Below are positions 1 through 11,545 of a stretch of DNA of 64,000 nt, piece after piece. How positions within the stretch are numbered: the stretch's first letter is position 1; each line of letters begins with the position of its first letter. Source of the DNA: Marsupella aquatica (lineage: Eukaryota; Plantae; Marchantiophyta). Location: contig OZ316895.1 of the NCBI GenBank assembly GCA_973895155.1, forward strand, positions 15,196,816-15,260,815, read 5' to 3'. The notes beneath the pieces were generated by a model. It made no database searches. It was not told the DNA's origin and saw nothing but the letters and a program-made list of their open reading frames with translations. The translations under genes were made by a program, and so were the position numbers.

Positions 1-3000
1 CTCTGTGATGAGACGCTGTGATTGTCTCTTCGAGCTTTCCAAAAATTCTGGTCCTCTCTGTAGTTCTCACCTAGTTCCGATGAGACTGTGTGATACAGGC
101 TTCTAGACTTCAATTTTCTCCGATTTTTTCAACGACGGAGAAGTTCCAATCTACAGTCCCGAACAGTCCCGAAAGCCTTCTCATGACAGATTGAGTTGAC
201 CTTTTCATTTGAATTTGTCGTTGCTCGTAATATTTATCTCAAATGTTCCCGGGTATTGTCAAACCACGCTATTTACTGTTGAACACTCTGCCCCCACCCG
301 ACAAAACAAATCATGCACTTGACCAGTTGGCCACCAGGTACAGTTGTTCAGCTGTTACACTCCTCGTTCACTTTCTTCCAAAAAGAAACTGCAAGGGACT
401 TAAAAAAGAAATACCTTCTCTTGCAAAATAAGCCTACGGTAGTTTTTCTAAAAATTTGAGCAGAGATAGTTTGGGACTAATGAACCAAGGTGTAGCCCGC
501 TTACTCTTTACTGCAGGACTGCGTATATGGAAGAAGATCACTGGCGAAGAAACATCCATTCAGCAAGTCGGAGAAGCGATCACAGGTGAATCTGTCTACC
601 CCATCCTTAGTCTCCTCTTTTCCGTTGTTATGTGACCACGCCAATTACCTTGGTGCTCTAGAGACGCAGTCCTTCCAACATAGATTGGCTGGCCCACGTG
701 TGAGTCATTCGTTCTCAACACAATATTGTCACCGAATAATCCAACACTGATGCGCATGGCAGAACAGACCAAACACGTGAACTCTTCTTTGCAGTGATGT
801 CCAACAAACTGTTGACATTTTTGGTCCGAAAGAAAAGCCGGATGATCTCTTACTTTGACACCCAAAATGTTTGAGAGACTTCAACAAAATCGTATTCCCA
901 TGCCAAAAAAGTGACAAGAACTCGAGTCCTCGCCCAGGTCGTTCAACAAAAGTCATGTCATGATATTGAAGGAGATTTTCAAAGACTTGGACACTGCAAC
1001 CATTCAAAGATTCTAGAGCTTTGCTTGATCATCATTCCGTCGATTATTATGCCACTAAAAAATGTTTCACCACATTTGGCTAGGGGACAAGGAGGGACAT
1101 GATTGTCAGGAGTTCTCTAGGGAGTCTACAGTTTTCTCTCTTTTGCTAGATTTGCTGGATTTGCGGCTTTCTGGCTTCAATTGATACGGCAGTTTTGTCA
1201 CCTTCCCACATTCAAGTGTTTTTTATTCATAGAAAACTTACCAGGAGAATTGTTAAAGCTTTTCCAGACAGCCAAGTACAATGCAGCGCACGAAACGCAG
1301 CGAGAACAGGGGAATGAGATTCACATGTTGCCAGGCTACTTTCCTTTTTCCTGCTCTTTCCCTGCTCAAGCCCCTATGCAAGGTAGCCCCGTACCCCTCG
1401 AAAGTTCGTTTATTTTTTGCGTTCGCACTTCACTGCATATCCTCAGATTTTTCCGTTCCATTCTAAGAAGATTTTACACACTGAACGGCATCTCCTCAGA
1501 TTTTTTGGGTTGCCATATCAATTCACTAGCAAAGTGAGGGCTCTGTACGTCTTGTACACGAGGAGAAACAGAGGATGACAGGAGAATTTACAGGGGAAAG
1601 GATTAAGGCAGACTGAAAAGAGAGGGTACACTTTTGGCTGTCTTGCCGGGACTAACATCAATAACACATTTTGTATCATAAATAACACATGATGGTACAC
1701 TTTTCCCCCAGCCTTGCCAGGACTAACATCTCTAATTTTGTGTGCATTGTGACCATTCCTCACTGAATGTACGACCCCTGGATCTTCCTTACCCGTGAAT
1801 TTGAAACTGTCTTGGCAGAAAAATTGAATGAAAAAAATGTAAGGATCAATATTTTTACGTTAGCAAGGCAAAATGCAAAGTTTGTTTCTGTTTCAAACAC
1901 ATTCACAGATCATTCTGATCAATCAGGATCAAGCACCATGTTTAGGGTGCTTGATTCTGACTGGCCAACAGCAGTTTTTCCATATCAACTTGCTCAGAAT
2001 AAAAATAAACACACCCTTGTACTCCTGGAGAAGTGGCGACTTAAGTAGAAACGTTCTCTACATCTTGCACACACGATTGTCGTCTTTTACAGTTCCAAGT
2101 GGGATGTACAGATAAATTGGTATGCCCCTCTTTGTGTTTGTTATACCAGCTGATCACGGTCATGATTATTGCTAGTTCTTGAGAATGAGAACACACGATG
2201 CCACCATTGACCTCTATTTAAACTCACGGACAGAGTGGGGGGTAACACATCCAGATTTATAGCACGACTAATGAAGACACATGCTAATAAGCTTTCTAGT
2301 TCTCAAGTACATTAGAATTGCATCCATCAGTCTGTATTTTCCATGGCCACTACGGCACGAGGCACACACATGCTTAGGTAATGCCTCGGCATAAGCTGCG
2401 GGATTATCCCCTCGCGGAACAGTGGTCCTCTGCGCGTGAGCCTAATGTTCTTCCCTCCTTTGAAACACGTCATGGCTGCCCTCTTGTGGTGTATTCAAGA
2501 GGAAAGGAACGCAGACGAGTTTAACAGTCCTTCCGTGCGCTGATCAATTCGCCAAAAACAAAGCTTCAAATCCCCTGTGCCTCAACATCTGCTTGACGAC
2601 GTTGAGCTACTATAGACAGCGCATCGGTTGTGTAGTCAGAACTCATAATTCAAAGGAATGGTGGATAGTGTTGGGAGTAAACATTTCTCATTGGACAAAT
2701 TACAGGTTGTCAAAAATGGTACAGAACCACTGGAAAAGCCATAAGTTTTACATGGCTCCAGTATTAGCCAGGAAATCGGGCGACATATCAAAACTATCAG
2801 GCGGGGAACCATGGAAACGAATCACTCAGACATCTCGGGAAAACTAACGGGTTCCAGGTCGCCACTAGTGCCATCGGTACTTCTCATCGTCTATACTTTC
2901 CTTATTACTTCTAACATTTTTTAGAAGGTAAAAGTGTTTTGTTTGAGACGTTTCAAAGGCCGCAGCAATTCCACATAGGGCCTTTCTATCTGCCCAGATA

Positions 3001-3099
3001 TCAAATCCTTTCCCTGTTCACCTCCCTACTGTAACTTAGATTCTATTCCAGAAGAGTAATTTCACAAGGCCTCCATTGTGAGGCTCTCTTCAAGTTGAG

Positions 3100-3574
3100 T
3101 TATCACGTTTTGCTAAGAAGGCAGTAAGTGAACGCAGCGCCGTCATGGATCAATAAACTATTTCGTGCACTCTCCTTTCCGCGATACACTTGACCAGGCT
3201 TTTACTCCATGGAAAAGTCATCACGTCTTGCTAAAATGGCAGTAACTGAACGCAGCGTCTTCATGGATCAATAAACGTCTTCGTGCAATCTCCTTTCCGC
3301 GATACACTTGACATTATCTTTACTCCAGGGAAAAGTTATCAAGTCTTGCTAAGAAGGCAGTAACTGAACGGAGGAGCGCCTTGATGGATCAATAAACTCT
3401 TTCGTGCAATGTCCTTTCCGCGATACACTTCACCAAGTCTTTACTCCATGGAAAAGGTATCACGTCTTGCTAAGAAGGCAGTAAGTGAACGCAGCGCCTT
3501 CATGGATCAATAAACTCTTTCGTGCAATCTCCTTTCCGCGATACACTTGACCAAATCTTTAGTCCATGGAAAAA
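3100..3574. repeat. Tandem array of 4 x ~118-121 bp units just downstream of the ZFWD stop codon (probable 3' UTR)
   Basis: Unit ...TTGCTAAGAAGGCAGTAAGTGAACGCAGCG..CATGGATCAATAAAC..TTCGTGCAATCTCCTTTCCGCGATACACTTGA..TTTACTCCATGGAAAAG; the GCTAA anchor recurs at 3112, 3230, 3348 and 3469. Confidence 0.95.
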
Positions 3575-3592
3575 GATTTGGTCCACTTCGTA

Positions 3593-6500
3593 TCAAGTAT
3601 TTGCTCCCGCAGCAAAACGCCAAACCTTGATTTCGCCATAGCCCTCTCCCGAGAAAACAAGTCCTCCAGGGCCTACTTGAATGGCCCGCACTTCCTCACG
3701 TGTCTGTAAGGTTCCTCGTTCTGAAAACCTGCAAACAAGATCCATATAATTATCATCTAGCGCCGATGAGAGCCACACCAAAGGAGAGATCCAAAACAAT
3801 TGGGACCTACGCCACAGGAGTAATGATCAATGCTTATTAAACTTTCTGATAAATACGTGTTGCCCAAAGACACTGAGTACCCAGGGATAACCAGATTTAA
3901 ACTGTAAGTAATGACGCAAGACGTGGCATTTCCACAACCACTCTGCAAGGATTTCTCAATTTGCCAAGATTATATTCATGGATTTGCATCCAATTAAGGA
4001 CTCTTGTGTGATAAATCGTAATTGCGTAGCGCACGCCAAGAGAAAATTACAACAACTCGTCTTAGCTGGACATAACAGATCTTACCAATCATCCTTCAAG
4101 TCACAGACAGATCCCTTCATTTACAGTTCTCAGGACTAGAAAACTGGCCTCTAATGTAAGTTCCCTAGTTCTGCTTAACATAAGTTATGGTTTCTAAAGC
4201 TCTGTAGCCAATCTTCTGAACTTTATAGTGACTGCTATTTTGTTTCGTCACTTTACCCGGATGGCTCAAATATCAGTTTTTTTCTAGACACGTCATACTT
4301 ACGTGGGAAGGTCATAGAAATGGACGGTGTTGTCATTGTAGGAACATATTAAAACCGGCTTCCCAGAAGAGTCCATTCCACTCATAGTTATCGCACCCTG
4401 CCGAAGAAACAGGCAACAAAACAAAATAAGTTTTCCGTGTACAAATCCTCGAAGTGAGTAAGCCGCACGAGTTTTCCAGAAAGAGCACATTTTTTCGAAT
4501 GAATGTACAAGATCCACAAATTAAGGAGTGAAAGACACTGCCGCCAATGGTGCCAAGCAGCAAGAAGGCGCAACAGAGAAGCGTTCCAATCATTTTCTAT
4601 AACACTAGTATCTTACATACATTTCTCACGTTCCCTTGCTCGTCAATATCCTCAGGATGAGTGTATCTGGCTTCAAAGAATCCCTCTGGAGTGGGTGCCC
4701 ACACCTGCAAAATATAGTTGTACACGTCAACTATTCGGATCATACGTGCCCTTGATATTCGAGACGGAGTTGTGCGGCAATAACATGTTACCAGGAACTG
4801 GCAAAGACTGCCCTACTGAGCAAAAGAATTCCCAAACCTCACATGCATAGATTACATCTGCAATTTCACTGTGTCCTTGTATACAACACTTACCCGCACA
4901 GTGCCATCGAGTGAGCACGATAATAAAAACTTGTCCCAGAAGAGAAGTTGCATTACAACATTCGTGTGCCCTTCTAGTGTTTGAACACATTGTCCAGTAC
5001 CTAAATCCCAAACCTGTCATTGCAGCAACAGTAACGGTCTGGGTAAATATCTTTACAAACGTCCCCTCCAAAGAGAAGTAGTAGCCAAGGAACAGAAGTA
5101 AATGAATGCAATCCACCCTGTGTGCCAGTAATCGTGAAGATGCTTCTTGCACTTGAAGAACAAACTGGAGGAGCAATCTATTTCTTCATCAGAGTGCCCA
5201 GAGGTGGTGTCACAAGCTGTGATCATAGATGACAGTCTTGGAATATTCTAGAGAAAAGCTAGAACAAAACAATCAAGTACTGTAAGGCACGACGGTCGAA
5301 AAGCTTCATAATAATTGCCAGTGGCTTAACTCGTATTTACGACCTAAAAGGCTTAAAGAAACAAAACAGGTTCGCAAAAGGAAGTAGCAAGAAGGTCTTG
5401 CCATCAGCTGGCCATAATGTTCTGTAAAGATAACCTTCCAGATAGAATAGACTAAACCCCCCAGATATGCCGACTGGTTATCTTTAAAATCGGCTCTAAC
5501 AATCTGAACCAGATCCCCAGGTCCTTATTTGTTCAAAGACTGAGGAACCAAGTTGCGTTCTGGAATATACAATTATGGCTCCGAAAGAAATAATCCATAA
5601 GCAAAATTACAGACATCCATGTGTACTTTTCTCTTGATACTCTCTACTAACCTTGATTCGCTTATCCATTGAACCCGAAAATAACTGGTTCCCCTGAATC
5701 AATAAAGTAATTACTGGACCACTGTGCCCATATAAAGAAGCGGCTGGCTCAAAAGCATTCGAAGTTGTACTAAACTTCCAAGCGAGTACGCTACCATCCT
5801 GCCACAAGAGGAACCGGAACATTTCAATTTGCTGGCCTCGGATGGGCAAAATTTGAGATAGAAAGACCACGAAAATCTTCGCAAATGCCCTTTAGCGTAT
5901 TTACAACAATTTTCACCGAAAGAAAAGAACCAGTTATCACTACTCAACATACAACATATATCAGGGGGCTTAACACCGTCAGCAGCTGCTACATTAGAAT
6001 AAGATAATACTATTATGGAAATTAAGCGTAAAATTAATGTGCATCTTGTAGCAGCTTGGCGACTTACGTGAGTCCCAGCAAAAAGCATGTCCGCGCTGAC
6101 AGCGAGAGCATGAACTTGGCCTTGCCCTGAAATAAGTAAACTCTGCATTGCACTCGTTTGCAAATCCCATATCTGCAACAATTTCCGAGAAATGGATTTA
6201 AGGGACTACCCATTTTCCTAGTAGGGGCAAATTATGCAATTGGACAAAATCATATGCCTTGACTTAGTTGGGTAGACCAATGAGTAGGCAGGTTGTCTGC
6301 AACGATGTCAGAGAAATGGCTCCACGAACCTATCATTTTTTCAAATAGCAAAGTGTTAAATTAATGACACAGAATCACTTACCTTAACTTCGTTTGGTAA
6401 ACCAATAAATAGCCAAGTTGCTGCACTTAGCAAAGCCCCAACATCACCTCCCATTTGCACCACATTCGTACACTGGTAGACAAGAAATCAGTTCTTAGAT

Positions 6501-7974
6501 GATTATAGATTGAGAAAAGCTATTGCTCACTTTCCTTGCAAAGTTATCTGTGACATCAATTAAATCTCGCAAAACCTACCAAAAAAACATTCGTACTGTT
6601 TCGTCGCCTAGACAACTACAGCCAATAAATCTAGGAAAAAAGCTAGTAAAGAGAACAATTCATATAAATTCATCTCCTGAAAGCGCATAGTTTAGGGTAG
6701 AACTTCGTGGAATATTGAATATCGGAACTTTAAGGTCCCAAGAACTGGTCACAATGGCAGTCGACTTCGTTATCGAGTATGGACGACTGTATCATCAATC
6801 TCAACTTTAGAAGCTCGATACTAGTGTGACACAATAATATGACAGGTCTAACTTCATTCACTTCCTAACGTGAGTTAGAGCACACCTCTCCAGTGTTGCA
6901 ATCCCAAACTCTAACGGTCTCATCTTGACCGCCGGTGTAGAGCTTCGACGATCCAACCGGTAATTCAATAGCTCGTACCGCCTGTCAAAGTTCAAGTCAC
7001 AACTCTCATTAAAACTCGATTCACAAATCTCATCATGCGGACAAGAGCAACAGCATCACTGATCGCGACAAGATTCCAAACTGAGATATTTCAGCAATGC
7101 CCAGTCATCTCGCCCACTTTTGGTGCGAAAACGTGGCCATCGATCATAGTTTTGTAACAGCCTTCGATGGTGAAAAGATACACCCAACCGTTCTCATTTC
7201 GTAAGCCGAAACCCTAAAAATCATTCCGAAAAATATGCTACATGTCGACATTGACCTAAGATTACATTTTTTCAGTGGTCCATGCTAGATCTTGCCATAC
7301 AGCCGGTCCGAAATTATCAAGCCAATTGATTAGGCGGAATTTACTGAATAAATCTCCCGCGCATGTCAAACAACCCGAACAGTAACGAACAGAAATCAGC
7401 ACAACCATTTGAATCACCACGAGTTACAAGTGGGCACCTTGTCATGTCCAGCAAGTTGCTTTATCAGAGCGATGTCCGGGCTGGCCGTGTGTGCGTGTAG
7501 AAAATCACAGTCATCACCTCGTCGACAATTCCCCTTCAACCAATAGGTGCAAACCTTGTCCCGGATCCTCCTTGCACCGTCCTGCCCATTCCTAGTTGTT
7601 CTATTGCCATTGCTATTATTATTCGAGCCTCGAGGGCGCCCCCATCTAGCAGATACGACCTGCCGTCTCGCTCCTCCTCCACCTTGGTTTGAAAAACCAG
7701 TCCCACCATCCGCTTGAAAACCGCCACGATTATTTTCATTCACATTATTAGGTCTCTTACTCGCGCCACCGTTGCTAGTGTGCGGTCGCCCGGTGGTGCC
7801 AGCGCCATCGGGATGAAGCCACTGACAGTCATCCCCTTTATTGCATCGACCCTCCAGCCAATAACGACATACTTGCTGCTGCTGACCCGCATATCGTCCT
7901 GTGACTCCCGAACGAGAGAAATTTCTCTTGCTTCCTGCCTTAGTCGGCCCATCATCCACTTCCATTCCAGCCAT
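3593..7974 (-). CDS. ZFWD1: Zinc finger CCCH + WD40-repeat protein (ZFWD family), 9 coding exons, ~469 aa
   Basis: Exons 7974-7438, 6981-6886, 6472-6383, 6172-6068, 5798-5652, 5013-4894, 4704-4621, 4397-4303, 3728-3593. All GT-AG, phases match, total 1410 nt. Two CCCH fingers (CRYWLEGRCNKGDDCQWLH, CTYWLKGNCRRGDDCDFLH) followed by WD40 repeats (GHDK..LYTGGQDETVRVWD, GHSGPV..LFSGSMDKRIKVWD, GHTNVV..LLSCSLDGTVRVW). The symbol is at family level. Confidence 0.93.
6173..6420 (-). repeat. Intragenic tandem duplication (2 x 124 bp) of the ZFWD exon-3 3' end plus intron 3
   Basis: Copy 1 is 6420-6297 and copy 2 is 6296-6173. The exon parts match at 30/38 nt. Both intron parts end CCATTTCTC.GA.AT.GTTGCAG and begin G.A..TGATT.TGT. 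Confidence 0.85.
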
Positions 7975-8735
7975 ACTACTCTGTTCTCCTCAAGAGACAA
8001 ACAATGTCTTGGCAATAAAAGCCCTCATGGACGTCCTCCTCGAAGACAGAACAAGCAACATTCGGGGAAAATCCCGTTTTGATAATTGTGCCTTGCCCGC
8101 AGTTGAACGCACAAGCCTCGCCTCGTCGAGAATTTAGACTATAATGCCAAGTCCGTTTCCTGACGACAACACGCTGCAACCCTAAAAACGAAAAACAATC
8201 AATGACCGCGTCGAAACCGGGAAGAGTACAAAGATTCAAAGAAAGTAACACAATCATCGCCGCGAACAAGAATATTTCGAAAGGCGTGAAAAACTCGTGA
8301 AAAGACAAAAAGCACATCTTTCGAGAGAAACCATGAGCAAATAATGCAAAACCGATTGATTCGGGCCTCACCGTATCGCCAAAGCCCCGCGATATCGGCA
8401 CAGCCGCTGTTTCTGCTGCTGCTGCTTTTGCTTCTAGCGAAGACGAAAGGCGAAAAGCGAGGTTCTCGTTCTCCAGACTCCGACGAGTCATACGGCAGCA
8501 ACTCGCCTCGTCCCGTACCCGCTGCGACTTAGTGACGAGAACATATCTCTTATCATCTACAACACAGCACAGCACAGCACGACCCAGCCCCTGTCGCACG
8601 ACCGGACCAATTGGAATTCGAAGAGCTTCCTCTCCTCCCCTTCCTTCCGTGCAACTTACTCATCAGACAACTGGTCTCCTCCCCTCGTTCCGCGAGAACA
8701 ACTCGGAACTTCGGATCCCTCTACATCAGTGAGCG

Positions 8736-9316
8736 GTACTAGTAGTCCTGGTCCGTTCCGAGGTCCGGGCATGGGGGTCGGTGCGTCGAGGCACAGCTAC
8801 TACTCTACTCTATGCTCTGCTCCTCTCCCCCTCTCTCCTCTCCCCTCTCCTCTCCCCTCCTGTTCTCGAAACATCGACAACAATCGAAGGGCTTAAAGGC
8901 GAGGAAAGGAGAGCAAAGGGACGAAGGGACAAAAAGGAAAGCGTGCATTCGTCTGTCCACAGTACAGAGACTGCGACGGTACTAACTACTGTAGGGACTT
9001 TAGGGAGTACTGGAATAAGTTGCGAGCTCGCTGAAAGAGACAAAAGAGGAAGGTCCTCTGAAAGGACCACGGCAGAGATTCGAACACGGGCGGACTGGCG
9101 GGGCGGAGATGATCGGATGATTGTGGGAAAGAGTAGTTCCAGAATAGAAGAGTAAATAAATAATATATAGTAGTACTAGAGTACTGGAGTACTGGAGTAC
9201 CGGTCTGCAAACTTGGTGCCATCCGTGTGGAGACAATGACGAAAGCGTAGTGGAAGATGGCGTGTGCGACTGTGGTACGACCTTCCGGAGCGCTTTCGGA
9301 CTGTACAGTACTGTAC
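8736..9316 (-). promoter_or_regulatory. Putative ZFWD promoter/TSS region with a GA-rich tract (8820-8860) and a GTAC cluster
   Basis: Sense-strand GAGAG/GGAGA tract like those upstream of the SNF4 and CW genes; 12 GTAC tetramers in ~580 bp. Confidence 0.5.
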
Positions 9317-11365
9317 TGTGAAGGACCACAGTGACCCTTGCACAACTGCACCCCGTATAAGTGCAATCTCGACCGACAGTCCTGACTGTAAAACACACTA
9401 CAGCCCCAACACGGATTCTCTAAAGTAGAATATACTCCCGAACCTATTAATCCAGACCGTTAAAGTGAACTACCAACCGGTCACGATGAAGACAGCCGAA
9501 TATGACCGCGACTTCCATCGAAATAATGCAGGTGGGGGGTTTGGGTTTGCCGTCTATCTTTAGTTTAGTATTTGTCCTATCTGCACCTCGTTAGAGTACA
9601 GTCACTAGACTAAGATTGTACTCTGTTTGGCCCTTTTGAGTTAAACGGTACTTTTGTGGAAACTGGAGGGCGCTTGTCCCTTAAATTTCCTCTGAAAAGT
9701 GCAAATGTTTTGCACTTTTCACAGGTGCAACAGTCCGAACTAAAAGACAAATGTATTAGTACAATTCCATCGATAAGTGACGAGAACTCCAGAGAGAGTA
9801 CACGTTGCATTTGCTAATAAGTGAGTAGCAATTTTTTGCAAGGATACTGGTGCAGTAATGCAACACGTAATGGCCCATAACACGTGTTCCTTGTCCGTTT
9901 AGGGTAGCTAGCACCAGCTCTAAATAATATGACAAGATAAACAAACCCACCGAATAATGAGTTACAGCTTAGACTCTACTCTACATTCCCATTCTGGTCT
10001 CTCTATTTTCCTTCCCCCATTTATTGGGTCTTTCGCTACGGAATCATGTCTCAGTTACTGTTTTTGTGCTTTGGCAATTTGATATATATTCCAGGGAATC
10101 CTGTCTCCCAATTTGACATTTTTGTTCTTTGATAATTTGATATATATTCGCATTCCTCAAACATTCCATGGTCCAACTGGATTATTAGGTTTGACTCTGA
10201 GTTCTAAGAGAATCAATTGTAGGGTGAACTTGAAGCCGGGATGGACCCAGCACATGAACCATGGGACCCATGTGAACCATACACTGTGTGACAGTAAAGG
10301 ATACTCACTACAGAGGAGTTACAGGTTCATTTGGGGTGACTCAAGATGTAGAAGATTCAGTCAGTGGTCAGTACTACCTACATCAGTCCATCTTACTCTC
10401 TAGCAGTGGCAGAGGTCTCACACTTTCCTATCGCAACTAATCATAACCTCAATGCTCCCCATCGCAGCTAATTGGTAAGAAATCGGGCCCGTTTGTCAAC
10501 TTATAAGCTTTATGATTGTATTGGTCATGAAACTCTTTACTTTTGTGCAAGGTCCAGAAACACTCTCAATTATCAGTTGTTAATCATTACCTTGTTTCTC
10601 TTTGAGTTTGAGTGAAGTTTGCCAATAAGCTAGAAGAGAAACAGAATGTTGAAGCTTTTTCTTTTTTTCTTTTTTTTTAAGCTTTCTTGGCAACTGTGAG
10701 GAAGGATTTTTATTAGTCCAGCTGACTTCATTCTACATTTCACTCTTTGATTTGACCAGATTTGATCAAGATGGTAGAGTTTCCTGAACATGTAATATCC
10801 TTTGTCTTCCCTCAGTCTGGTGTGTTTTGTGCTTCCTAATCACCTGGTTTTCCTTGCATTTGGATTTTGTGGAAACATTTTGCACTGTGTTTGTCCCCAT
10901 CAGTAGTTAATTTCACTTTCACGCTGATTGTCCCTACGTCTAACCACAGTTTCCTGATCAAAGTTGTCTGGTTTGTGTGCCAGCAGTTGTAAGTATGATG
11001 TGGCATAACCATGTCATATGTGGAAGATAACAACATTAGAACTAATTCTTCCAAAAGCAGTGTGATGGCACCTGTCTGTGCATCTTCACTTAAAATTTCA
11101 ATAGCATTCAAATTTGCTTTCTACATAATCCTCTACCAAGGTCTTCTGGACTATTTTAGTACCTCCAAAGCGAGGTCCTTGGGGATGCGCATGCCAAGTT
11201 GATGTGTACCTTTGGGGAGAATTTGACTCTGGTTTTCAGAAAATACTCTTCTCATGTGGTTGTAAACATTGTCATAGAGACCCATGAGAGTCTCGAAGAC
11301 TTTGGTTCACTTGAGAGGTGGGTTTTGGCACATGGCGATTAGGACAATAAGAGACTTGAATCCAC

Positions 11366-11545
11366 AGGGTTCTCATTTCTTTTCTTCCAACCCATCATGC
11401 ACAAATAAGTATAGGGTTTTTTAATGGGTTTAGTAAATACTTTAAAATTATTGTGGAATAACATTAAGGGTGTTTTAATCCAATTTTGAGAATTATAATG
11501 ATCATAGAAGAAAATTAATCAAATATAAAAATATTCCAAAAAGTT
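11366..11545. repeat. Diverged AT-rich dispersed repeat, copy 1 (second copy ~22054-22235, same orientation)
   Basis: Colinear blocks ATCATG.AC, ATAGGGT, AATACTT, CAATTTTGAGA.TTATAA and TTAATCAAA are shared between the two sites. Confidence 0.55.

Noticed and set aside
1-2900. Exon-like segments on + (e.g. ~517-585, TTACTGCAG...CACAG|GTGAAT; ~2706-2847) and short ORFs
   Set aside because: No recognisable protein family or phase-consistent gene model could be built; this may belong to a gene extending off the window.
3100-3574. ~120-bp units as 5S rRNA genes or a CRISPR array
   Set aside because: No resemblance to 5S rRNA, no repeat/unique-spacer alternation, and the context is eukaryotic.
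4760-4893. WD40-like peptide (IQGHSEIA...VWEFF) in ZFWD intron 6 as a second duplicated exon
   Set aside because: No convincing nucleotide similarity to neighbouring exons; probably chance.
7976-8599. 207-aa ORF upstream of ZFWD
   Set aside because: GTG start, no recognisable domain, lies in the GC-rich leader; the same applies to overlapping ORFs at 8.2-9.4 kb.
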